DNA from: Cycas panzhihuaensis
Lineage: Eukaryota > Plantae > Cycadophyta
Reading direction: 5' to 3'
Length of the DNA: 64,000 bases
Assembly (NCBI GenBank): GCA_023213395.1
Contig: CM041465.1
Span: 199,151,741 to 199,215,740 of the forward strand
The position numbers were made by a program, and so were the translations under genes. Shown here in pieces: positions 1 to 12,700 of this stretch (the first letter of the stretch is position 1; each line of letters starts with the position of its first letter). Below the pieces are notes generated by a model. That model saw only the letters and a list, made by a program, of their open reading frames with translations, ran no database searches and was not told the DNA's origin.

Positions 1-2282
1 GAGTTCAATTGCTTAGAGTTTGAGAACTATTATAGAGAAGTTGGGATTGAAAGGCATAAGACCACTAGCTATACTCTACAACAAAATGGCATAGCTGAGT
101 GCATGAATATGACACTCTTGAAAAGAGCAAGAAGCATGCTAAATAATGCAAGAGTGTAGTAAGGATTATGGGTAGAAGCTATACAAACAACTTGCTATTT
201 GGTAAATAGGTCACCATCACTTGTAATAGACTATAAGATTCTTAAAGAGGTATGGACTGGACATCCATATGACTATTTAAATTTGAAAGTTTTTGGTTGT
301 GATGCTTATACCTTAACTGATAAAAGTCAACGTTCAAAGTTAGACCCAAAATCCAAGAAATATGTCTTTGTTGGTTATGGTGATAAAGATGGTATGAAGG
401 GATACAAGTTATGGGATCCTACTACCCATATAATCACTATTAACAGAGATGTTGTATTTGATAAATCTCCCTTTCTAAAATTAGATAGTATAGAAGTTAA
501 AGTGAAATATGATCAAAAAGTTGAACATTAACAGGTTAAGCTTAAGACCTAACCATCTTTGGAAATAGAAGAGTAGGAAGATCTTTCTGAAGATGAATCT
601 ACAACAGATTTATAGGAGTATGTGGACACTCCTCCACCAACTATTAGAAGATCTACACGAATTAGTCATCCACTTAACAAGTATAACCCTTCTATTTCTA
701 TTGCTTTGGTTTTTAATGATGATGAGCCTACATGCTATTAAGAAGCAGTGGATGATATCCATAGTGAGAAGTGGAAGAGGGCTATATAAGAAGAGATAGA
801 TGCTTTGAAGAAAAATAATTCATGGGACTTGGTATAACCTCCACATGGTAAGAAGCTTGTTGGTTGTAGGTGGGTTTTGAAGAAGAAAATAGATGTTGAT
901 AGAAAGGTTGATAAATACAAGGTAAGACTTGTGGCTAAAGGCTTTGCATAGAAAGTAGGTATTGACTTTCATGAGATCTTCTCACCAGTTACCAAACTTA
1001 TTTCAATTTGAGTTTTGTTAGCATTGGTAGCTTCTCTTGATTCAGAGTTGGAGTAATTAGATGTAAAAATAGCTTTTTTACATGGAGATTTAGATGAGGA
1101 GATCTATATGGATCAGTTATAAGGGTTTGTACAAGATGGCAGGAAAGGACTTATTTGTAGGCTCATGAAATCATTGTATGGCCTAAAGCAATCTCTCAGG
1201 TAATGGTATAAGAAGTTTGATGCCTTCATAGAGAGCCAAAACTTTAAAAGAAGTGAGTATAATCATTGTGTTTACTTTAAATTCTTAGATAATGGCTTAT
1301 TCATTATCTTGGTATTGTATGTTGATGACATGCTAGTTGTAAGCAAGAGCATGGTAGAAATTAATAAATTAAGGCTCAATTGACTAAGACTTTTGATATG
1401 AAGGATCTAGGAGCTGTAAAATAAATCATAGGTATAGAGATACATAGAGACAGGAAAAATGGTAAGCTATGGTTATCACAACAAAAATATGTAGAGAAGG
1501 CACTAACCAGGTTTGGTATGGTAAATATGAAACCAATGAGTATCTCATTGGCTTCCCATTTCAATCTTTCTTCAAGTATGAGTCCTAGTAATAAAGAAGA
1601 AAAGGATTATATGTCTCGTATACCTTATGCCAGTGTAGTAGGAAGTTTGATGTATACTATGATATGTACAAGACCTGATATTTCACATGCAATTAGTGTA
1701 GTTAGCACATTTATGGCAAATCTAGGAAAGGTACATTGGCAAGCAGTGAAATGGGTGCTTCGATATTTGAGAGGCACAAGTGATTATTGCATCACCTTTG
1801 GAGGTACAGGTAATCAGGTTTGTGGATATATTGATTTAGACTTTGTAGGAGATTTAGATAAGCAAAGGTCTACTTCAGGTTATGTATTTACTCTTGCAAA
1901 TGGTCTAGTTAGTTAGATGTCAAAATTGTATAGCACAATTACATTATTGACTACAGAAGTTGAATATATTACTATAACACATGCTTGTAAAGAAGCAATC
2001 TGGTTACAGGGTCTATTGGTTGAGCTTGGAAAGAAACATGAAAAGGTAAAGGTATTTTGTGATAGTCAAAGTGCCATTTACTTAGCAAAGAATTTAGCTT
2101 ATCATAGTAGGACAAAACATATTGCTCTTAAGTACCATTTTGTTAGATAGGTTGTGGAAGTAGGTGGAGTGGCACTTGAGAAGGTTAATATAAAACAGAA
2201 TTATGCTAATATGTTCATAAAACTAATACTATTGGAGAAGTTCAAATGGTGTTTGACTTCTCTTGGCTTACAGAAAAGATGA
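1..2282 (+). pseudogene. Ty1/copia pol remnant (integrase C-terminal part, RT, RNase H) with many stops and a frameshift
   Basis: Integrase motifs LKVFGC..SKLDPKS..FVGY..KGYKLWDP (199-531); RT motifs KYKVRLVAKG, LDVKIAFLHG, LYVDDML (~1315-1335); RNase H motifs RSTSGYVF, TEVEY, CDSQSAI, HSRTKHI. Confidence 0.95.
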
Positions 2283-2330
2283 TAAATGGTCTAGGAAGGG
2301 TATCAGGTAAATTGTTGTCAAGGTAGAGAT

Positions 2331-3003
2331 TGTTAGATAATGTGACATCAATGTTTTAGAGGCTAAAATTTTGACAAGTTGACAATGCGGTTCCTCCCTA
2401 AAACTTCCTCAGGGGGTTCCAAAGGGGGCAGGAGCCCACCTTGGCCGAGGGGTGAGGGGGAGCTGAAACCCTCCTCTCCCCTCCCCCCCCTTCTCAAAGA
2501 GGGGGTTCGAGGGTAATAGCCCCCAACCCAAAAAGCTAGTACTGAAAAGCTTACTAAATTATAAAGAGAATCAGTCATTCACTCAAAATACCCTTGATTC
2601 TATGGTCAAGATTTGTGCCTTGTATGACTCTCTCATATAGCCCGATTTAGAGTGTTCTTTCATTATGTTGATAGTGTTCAATGTATTGGATGTACTATGA
2701 AGAGTTGGGCAGCTAGTTGTTGTTGTTGTGAGCATTCTACAACAGATTATGTATATTTCTCCATTCTTTCATAATAAAGATCGATACCTTTCCTATGTGG
2801 ATGTTTCCCTAGCACACTGTTAGGGTTTTACCATGTTATATTGGGTGTATATATGATTCTTTAGTTTTCTAATTCATTTTATTGTATTATCTCTAGTTTA
2901 AGAACTTGCATGTTAAATTTTAGTTTCAATTCCTATAACTAGTTACCAAATAGTTTAGATCTTGGTGGTGGTTTCAGGTTATTGGGACTTTGTCTTCTTA
3001 ACA
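2331..3003 (+). mobile_element. 3' LTR of the copia element, preceded by PPT (~2319-2330)
   Basis: Purine tract CAAGGTAGAGAT just after the pol stop, then TGTTAG...CTTAACA inverted termini; partner LTR lies outside the window, so the right end is inferred. Confidence 0.7.
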
Positions 3004-3289
3004 CGTCGATTATGGCATTTGGTCCTTTCACAACCAAACATGGACCTAGTAGTAAATAAAAAGACAACTAGAAAATTAGGACTACAACAATGAGATTCCT
3101 CTAATAATGTTCAAAATCCTTCCCTTCCCCTTCTATATCCCTTTTAAATTATCCCGTCCTTATTTATTCATAATATTTCAACAGTTTAAACCATTGTTGG
3201 TTATAACCTAGAACAACTGACAACAATAGGCTTCCTCCCTAATTACATCAATTTGTGTCCAAAAACACATCTAAATTACTCTTAGATTG

Positions 3290-3720
3290 TAATCCTTAAT
3301 TATGATTTACTTGTAATTATGTTCAAACTATGATTAGCTTATAATTTGGACTATAATCTGCTCATACTTGTAACCCCAACTATAATTAGCTGACACTTAT
3401 GATCTAAACTGTGATTAGCCTATAACCACAACCTAAACAAGGATCAACTCACAACCACGACCCAAATTGTGATCTTGATTATGATTTTCTCGTAATCTTG
3501 GCCCCTACTATGATTATCTCATACTTGCGACCTAGGCTACAATTAGCTTGTGACCAACTATGATCAACTTGCAATCATAACATTGATTGCAATCTAGTCA
3601 TACTCGTGACTCGAGTTGTAGTTTGTTCACAGTCGCAATCCAACTGCTATTTGCTCACAGTCACTCCTCTAACTACAATCTTCTTGTATTTTGACTACAA
3701 TCTTCTCATAGCCCAACAAC
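3290..3720. repeat. Degenerate ~30-bp tandem repeat
   Basis: Recurrent ACTATGATTAGCT / ACTGTGATTAGCC / ACTATGATCAACT-like cores at ~24-36 bp spacing. Confidence 0.65.
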
Positions 3721-4911
3721 ATTCATTCGTAATCTTACAAAATTTCAAAGTTCTTTTTCAAATATGTATGTACAGTTTTGTCCATACACACTTGGGGAAT
3801 TTCTAATAAACTAGTAGACTAATCAACCTAAAAGTTGCCAAAATACGATTTAAAACTCAAATTTAAATGAAGTTATAAATATAAATTTCTTAAAAAGTTT
3901 AAGAATATAATGGATATACTTGGAAACATCTTAGGGGAAATAAAATAAGGGTGTAAGAAACTATATGGAGAAATAATAAGAAATTCTATAGAGAGAGGAG
4001 GAAGTTAGTAATGAGAAAATAAGATTAAACCATATTGGAAACATGATTGAAAATCAATGAAAGTGCCAAAAAAATTATGGTGATGGAGAGATCCTCATAA
4101 ATAACTAACTAATAATTCTTAAATGGACATAAAATCAATGTCAATGGTTTCCAAACAAATAACTACAAACTATCCAAAGTAAAATCAAATCATAAATAGG
4201 TTTAATAGATAAGTATGATAAGATTTTGGTAGCATACATTACATAAAATTTTCAAACCTAAAGCTATAAAAATTGATAAATTTATAAAGAAATAAAGTCC
4301 ATGATTTTGGTAAAACTATGGGTCCCCATGGTTTTAGGGCCCACAGTTTTGCAAAAAGTCACCTTAAAAATAGTGAAATTTTTAATTTAAATCATTTAAA
4401 AAATTAGTTCTTTCATCAAATTATAGGATGTCATGGTGCAAAATAATGACAAATAGAATTCCATCATGCTAAATAGTAGCCAAACTCATGGCATGATAAT
4501 TAAAGTTATCATACTATCATGAAAACTTACAACATACGTAACTTTCTCATATAGTGTCCTTCATCACATGGCCATATGTTTTCCTATGTACTTAAGGAGA
4601 TCTATATAATAAACTATGTAAAATAATCTATTACATTCAAACCCAAGGTAAGAATTGAAAAAGAAAGTAGAATATAACTATAAATTACTTGTGTTAATAA
4701 AAAACTATGAGAAAAAGTTAATAAAAGATGGAATTAGAATGAAAGATGATCTACAAACATCTAAAGACTTAATTTAGGTATAAATTATGTATAAATTAAT
4801 AATAAAATTAGATGAAAATATGATTAATATTGACTATTCCATGGGATAAAGTTGGATCTCTTTTCATAATTATATGTGTAAGTAATAATTCATTACTAGT
4901 AGTAGGTATAA

Positions 4912-4913
<2 letters not shown>

Positions 4914-4947
<34 letters not shown>

Positions 4948-4958
4948 ATATATGTATA
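4914..4958. repeat. (TA)n microsatellite
   Basis: Direct observation. Confidence 0.95.
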
Positions 4959-7439
4959 TTTAAAACTAGATAAAGTAAATCATTCATAATTATAGTAAAT
5001 ATAAAACAAATGAAACATGTATGGCTATATCAAGGAGTCCCAAAGGCAAGTAAGTATTTGCACCCTTTATGGTAAAAGATAGTTGTATAAAGTGATGAAA
5101 GATGGTCATTACTACTAAGATGGCTTGTGACATCATCTCTTATAGGGTGAACATGCTTATAAGCTTATTTTAATTATGTTAGGTAGTGATAAATCAATAG
5201 GTTTGGTTGTGAAATAAAAATACAAGTGAGCTAAGAAACACTATAGAAGGGAATGACCCATCTTATACTTATCGTAACATAGCCAAAAATACGTTTATAA
5301 CATAAACTAATGTGCCATAATAGATGGTTTAGTCAACTTGGTTTTCCTATAGAGATGGTAAATGATATGGAAAAGATGTAGTGTACCCCTAAGGAATTAT
5401 AACCAAGTCTTATAAGATGAGTGTGGGAAATTTGAGGATTAATTATGGAGAAAATTGTTAGGTGGTTATACATCCTAAGTTTGGAAAAAGCTTCTATAAG
5501 TGACTCAAAAAAAATAAAAGCATGGAGTGGTCATAATAGAATTTTAAGTCAAACATAATATATGAATTGCGTACCTATGTAAATCCCAAAATCACTATAA
5601 GATACACCCAAGATATTCACTAGTAAGTAAGGAGGTTGTTACATGGATTTCCCTAGGTGCCAAGATGATGCTATCACTCACTAGTTTTTAATACTCATGC
5701 CTTATTAAACAAAACTCAATAATAACATTGGCCATACTAGACTATAAGTATAATCTAAACTAGTTGTATGATGAACTAAATCCAAATCTAAACTACACAA
5801 TGGTTTCTAGGAATAAGGTTGTTACATGACTTATCTTAGATGCTATAATAGTTGGTATATGTAAATGGCAAATGAGGTGACATGTGAAAGCTTTTTCAAG
5901 TTAGGTTATGGTGGAGTACTTATAAATGGAGTGATGTGGATGAAATATTTTTCTCATAACTAACTTAGTGATGAAGGGATACTTACTCTAATAGTCTTTA
6001 GTCATGAATTCTTTTATTACAACAAGGTGAATGCAAGTGCAAATAGAAAGATATGAATAAGAAGATGTCTAGTAAATAAGAGGCCCAATGCACATATAGT
6101 ATGAAATTCTCAACAGAGTTTTGGCTAGTTAAAAGGCAAATATAAGATGGTCATATGAGAAGAATGCATGAGGAGGCTAAAGGCCACAAATTATCTATTA
6201 GTATTAGAGTTTACTTCCTTACATAAAACTAATTTAGGAGAATTTAGAAACCTAGAAATATATGGGAATCCATAAAACTTTAGCAATAAAGAATTGGTAT
6301 TAATAAGTAAATCAATTGAAACGCTAGTAATACAACCAAATAAAGATTAGCTACTTGTAAAAATATAGCAAGCTACAAGGAAATAGTAGCAAAATTAAAC
6401 AACTCAAGGTTAAGAGCTCAAGATAGGAAACACTTAAATTATAAGGTTAAGAGGTTGGAATTAATCTTAACTAGGTCTGTCTTGAGTGGAATTTTAATTT
6501 ACAAGTGAAAAAAGGTAGGTACAACATAGTGTTCCACTAAGTTCTAGTTAAATAATCCTAAGAACTACATAAATAATTCTTGAGGTTATGAGAGAAGATC
6601 AAATTAAGGATAAATAAAAGGTTAAAACACTATAATTTTTTATCTTTTCAAAGTCATATTTATATTTTCTTTATTTCCTCTAATTTTAAAAGTTAGAAGA
6701 GAAATGTTTATACAATTCAATTTATACTTACAGGGAAGCCTAATTAGTTTATACTCATTATAGAGGCTTGCCCTAAGCATGATATTAATAATGAGGGGAG
6801 CGGGGTCGGGGGGGGCAAGGAAGTGATATTAGTTTATACTTATAGATGGACATTATTTGGTTTATATACATAAAGGAGTAAGGCCTCCAATTGTGATGCC
6901 AAAATAGACAATAACTTCATTAAGGAAATATGAAGTAATATCTAATGAAAGTGACTTCATTTAAGGTTAAAGAAAACTACTTGGATAGATAATAGAGCAT
7001 CTATATAAATCTAGGATTATATGGTTTATCTGGTAACTAAGATTACTAAACAAAGCAACTAATGTCAGGATTATATGAACACCAATTTTGTGTTATGATT
7101 AGGAAGTATCTTTCTAATTTCTATTATTATTGGGTATACCCAACTAGTTAATATTCATAGAGTAATTCCCTAAGGATAAGTGGCACTCATGAAATGAGTG
7201 ACAAATCCCATACAGTGAGAAATAAGCTTTCAGAATATGGAAAATTAAACTTACTAAGCAACTATGAAAAACATTAAGGGATTCCATAAACTAACCATAT
7301 GTCTATCTTTCCATATGGTCTTCTCTTTCCTTAAACTAAATTAATTTCTATTGACCTTCATTCAATGTCTTCTTTTGAAGGCTCAATTAGTTTAATATCA
7401 TTATAGAGCTATATGCTAAATCATTTCTACTAAGAAAGA

Positions 7440-8790
7440 GGGAGGTCATAGTTTACCCTCATCATAGAGCAAGGTCTATTTTAAACTCATGGAGGAGTTC
7501 AATTCTAGTTCATAATATAGAGGAGTATAGGTGGTTTAGGCTAATTTTAGAGTAGTGATAGTTTTACCTTCTTTTAGAGCTAGGTCATTAAGATAAATGA
7601 GGGATGTACTAAATTTAGGAAAACCATCAATAAAAGACAAATCTATAAATCCAACCATACAAGTTAAAAATTGATTATCAAAGGGAAAGGAGAAGAACTC
7701 TAAGGGAAATCTTCCTAGGATGGTTGAGACATTATAATAAATTAAGTAAAAATAAATTTACAACATACCATTATAATCCCAAATAATAGTTAAAGGTAGC
7801 TTAGTAGAGAGTCCTTTTAAAAGACTACTTTCCTCAAGGGTGTAGTCTGATAGGATCCTATTGTAGGTAGTTGGCTTTAAACTAATATGAATTATGTATC
7901 CTAATAGTATTTATTTACTTGAATTAGAGGTAATGAATTAATCTTGATGGGAAGGAGGAATTTGAAGCTAATAAGGAGATCAAGTACTTAAGAAGAAAGG
8001 TAGATAAACTACTCTAAAATTATCTCAATCTTATAAGTACACTATGTAGGATGTTCACAAGTCAAGACTACCTTATATGCAATTAACTCACAATAAGAAT
8101 TTAGAGTTATTATTATAGATCTATGTAAAGGCTCCAAAAGGGATTCATCACTATGAAAACAATCTACCACTAATGAGGCCTCCTTGTAATGATATTATTG
8201 AGGCAATTATGGGATTTACTAATAGAGGAAATAATATTAATCTTATAAGTCTAAAAATAGAATCTATTTGAATCTCTCTCAAAATGATCATGATAAATTA
8301 GAAATAAACATAATGGATTAGGATTGCATAGTATTAGCTTAATACAAGTGTTATGAGGGATTATGGATGGTCTTTATGAAGGATTCAAAAGAACTTTACC
8401 ATTCCTAATAAGATTTACAACTAAGGAAACCTCCTTATAATGATCTAATTGATGTAAATATAGGGTATAACAAATTAAGGAATTAATATTAATCCCATTA
8501 GTCTCCAAAGAGTAGATCTCTAACTTTCACTCAAAAGAAATTTATTAAATTATAGGGTGACATGGTGGATTAGGATCATATAACATTAACTCAAGTTGGG
8601 TATTAGGTAGGATCTAGGAAGGGAACTATGAAGACTTTAAAAGAGATTTACTATTCATAATAGGATCTACCACTAAGGTGAATTCCTCAAATAATATAAT
8701 CAAGGTAGGTCTATGGCATAACAATTTAAGGTAATATAATTATGATTACAAGTCCATAAAAGATAGTTCTACAAATCAATCCCAAAAGGA
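7440..8790 (-). pseudogene. Heavily deleted Ty3/gypsy (Tat-like) pol remnant: PR-RT spacer and RT N-terminal fragments, followed by 3'-UTR hairpin motifs
   Basis: Minus-strand translations VDCFHSDESLLE (~8135-8170), HISLKPTTYNRILSDYTLEE..IIWDYNGML (~7760-7890; resembles FAWSYEEMPG region) and LSFIDGFS (~7620-7645; resembles FSFMDGFSGYNQI). Confidence 0.55.
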
Positions 8791-9205
8791 ATCTATTGTT
8801 AAAAATATATATTTAGTAGATAAAACACCAAAATAATTATATGTTTTTATTGATTACACCATAACAAAAGTATATCATTCCTTTAAATAAGCCAATATAT
8901 AAAAAAATACTTTCCTAAAGTTACCCAAGCCAATATTAATTTTTACTATACCCATACAATATCAATTCAGGAAAAAAAATGGAATACATTATCACTTCCA
9001 TCCTCTATTGATGATGAGTCTATTTATACTAAAAGATCATTATAGTTTGGTGATATTAATATCCATGAGATTTCCTTGTCTATATTAAAATATGTTATAT
9101 AAAGAATATGTTTAACCCATCATAACCACTTTTGATTAACTAAAAGTTCTAATTATAAATCAAAATCATCAACAAAATAACCAAAATGATGAGAATCATC
9201 TTCTT

Positions 9206-9723
9206 TGTTAGAATTTAAAATTTAAGTCTCATACCATAGTATGATATAGTTATTATTGCATAATGAAAGTATATCAAACATATATGAATAATAAATCATA
9301 TCATGAGAAATGTACAAAATTATATATGGAAGATAAAGATGTAAAACAATATACATAAATATAAAGTATAAATATAAGAAGCATTGTTTATAAGAAAGAC
9401 AATAGATTTATGCATTAAAAGCTAGCATGGAAAAAGCTACAGGAGAAAATTAGAGTTAGGAGCTCCTCTTAGATATTAAAATAAATACATCTCTAGATCA
9501 AGGACCTTTCTCAAGTTCTCAAGTGGTATACATACATATTTATATCAATGTCATTTTATGAGTAGCTTATTATATTGCTTGAACCTTTATATCATCCAAT
9601 AGGATGTTTATATAAATAAGTATGCATTTTATATCTATCAATGTATCTAACGAGTGAGATTTTGTATGGTTTTAAAACATTAACATTAAACATTAAATAT
9701 ATAAATAACCACATATTCCAACA
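9206..9723 (-). mobile_element. LTR (3' LTR of a minus-strand copia-type element), PPT at 9724-9732, internal PBS-like motif at 9224-9236
   Basis: TGTTAG...TTCCAACA termini; clear similarity to the LTR at 27946-28265 + 31519-31743 (e.g. GTTAGGAGCTCCTCTT, CCTTTCTCAAGTTCTCA). Confidence 0.75.
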
Positions 9724-12700
9724 TTCTCTCTTAATATATAATGCCTTCAAATATTTAATCCTTAGGTCTTTATCTCCTTGGTTTTTAATGTCTTCATGTC
9801 TTTATATCTGTTGGAATGTATAACATGTATGAATATGTATCAAATCTATATAATGTTGAAACTTGTATCATCACCTATAACCTATAATCTCTCAATATCA
9901 TGTTTGTTTCCTATAATCATTAACTTGAATCAACTTATAGTCATTTCTTATCATCAGTGACCAATTATGAATAACTAGCCTATAAAAATCTATATAATGA
10001 TTTCAATCATCAACCAATATATATGACTTTTATTGTCATGTTTATATGAAGTGTTTTCCTAAAGATCTTCATATCTTCGCTTGTAAGCTAATCTAAATAT
10101 CATTTATCAATCAATCATCATATAAACCAAACAATAATTATTGATATCTATATAAAATAACAACCATCTACTAAAATACATGGGTTGCCAACTGTTGTAA
10201 TTGCTACTTCTGCAAAAAGTGTTTCTTGTATATGGTTCATCAACAAATAATATTATCATAAAATATCTTACCTCTTGTATATGAGATTAACAATGCAATC
10301 TGTGTGTTGTATAAGAGTAATACCATTCATCTCATCTCTTTTGTATGAGTAAATATCTTGTGCATCGGCTTATTGATACTTTCGCACACCTATAGCTTTC
10401 TTTTAGCAACTATTAATAAAATTTATCAACATCAACAAATCATCAAAATATGTGAACACCAAAAATGGGTATAACTTCCTATCTAATACAAATTAGTTGT
10501 AATAAAATAATATAAACAATGTGTTCCCATGTCTCTTGTCATGCATAACAAGTTAAATTTATCATTAACAAACACTTTTCATATTAGCTTAATAACCTCA
10601 ATAGTTGAATTGATGTGTTAAGTTAATAATATATGAGACTTTTCCTTCTTCTTCTCTTTGTCTTATAAATAGATGGTAAACTCAATTTCTTATTAAAAGC
10701 TTATCTTTACATCAAATAATCAAATTAGACCTTTTATCAAATATCAAGTGGTATCATCAAATTAATTAAGTGTCATGTAAATTAGGTAATCTTGCATTTG
10801 ATTGGTGATTATAGTTTCACTAAACCACATATGTAAATTACAAGTGAGATTTGTATATTTAGTATATGTATAAGATTCCCACATCAATTTCACATTAAAT
10901 ATATACCACTTTATAAATTTTCATATGCTATGAGCTTTCAAATATTATAAATGAGCCTTTTTGTATGCTATTTTAAAGGAAACTTCTTTCTTAATTTATC
11001 ATAAATTAACAATAATATTATCATTATTTTTAAAGCCTTTGAAAACATCAAAATATATCTAAACTATTCTAAAAAGGATCATAAAATATTTCTTTTATAA
11101 TATTAAAATTATTTTGATCAACTTTAACTATTAATATCTTTATCATTTGATCTCTAAAATATACTTTGCAACCACTCATTTGGATCGTCTTAAAATTCTC
11201 TTTTCAACATAACTAACAAGATGGAAAATAAATATTCGAGTGAAAAGTTATGCTTGAAAATATAGCTGTATATTCTAGAAAAGTGTGTGATCCTTAATAA
11301 ATGAGATTAAGCCCCATTCAACTAGGGTTGTTTCTCATATTAATTCTCCATATGACCATCCACTAAAGGTCAAGAGGGATTTATGAAATAAAAAAATTAT
11401 CAAATATAACTTAATCCATTTTTACAAGTGCAATGAAATTTTAATCCTATTTATAAAATTTCACATCCATGGATCTCAACATATTACCAAATATAATTAA
11501 ATTTTAAAAATCAAATGTATATTTTTTTATGGTGATAAAAAATTTGTTTATGTATGGCAATAAAATCTTGTTCTAGGTGGAACCAAAATGTAATTGAACT
11601 CTATGTTTTCTTATAGATTTATAATCAATCTTAACTTATGGCAATTTCTTCATGGCTGTATGGATTGGATGATAGCACTTATCTTATTGTGGTGGTAGTT
11701 GATAGAGTTTTTTCTTTATGCATCATGGCATAAGATGCAACACAAGTCAGTGGCATCATGATGGTAATAGCTTAATTCATGTTCTTTTTCTTTTTCCTTT
11801 TAACTATCAGTAGGGCAATATTTAAGGGTGCATAAGATAGTGGATGGCATAGGCTATGAACAAATGTAGAGTAGATCAAACCTAGAAGTAGGGTTTCCTT
11901 TATTGGTCGATGATGATATTCATTTATTATCATTTATTCAGGTAGAGATTAGATTCTTATGGTGTCTTCGTCTGATGGTTAGGGATTCACATCACAATTA
12001 TAGTTTTGAATGTCACAGAGATGAATTCCATTTATCATTAGTCCCTCATGGAGATCAAAGGCCTTCTAGAAAGTCTTATGCCTACCCACTTTGATACATA
12101 TTCATGGGAAGATAAACACTCCATATTATAAATACAAATGAAAATCTACTAAGTATATTTTAATACTTATTGAAAACCCTAGGTTCATGGCTGCCCACTA
12201 TGGAACATACACCATCTTTTTCCCATCAAACTATTATATGTATTATCACATATATGCATTTTCATGCATATATGTTGCCCAAACTACTTCAAGCACTTGT
12301 ACTTATTTTATTATAGTCCAATGATCATAAATACTACTAAGTATATTTTTCTACCATAATATCATGCCCTCATAAATATATTATATTATAGGTCACAACC
12401 CTTAATTTTGCCTTTTAACAAATTCTTATACATCCAACATACACAATATATTTCAAATCTTGGTACCAACATTCTTAGTAAGTTTTAATACTACTTTAGC
12501 TAAAAAACTTTGTCGTATATTATAAAATCATGTTGCCATACTATACTTTGGTGATTGCTTTATTTTATAAAACCTTAAAATTCTCCTTATGTGTCACATG
12601 CCTTATTATTTTACTATCAACATACCTACTTAATTTGTCATTTATTATATTATACAAGCCTACTACCTATTTTACTTTCACTGATTAGCTATTGAAATTA

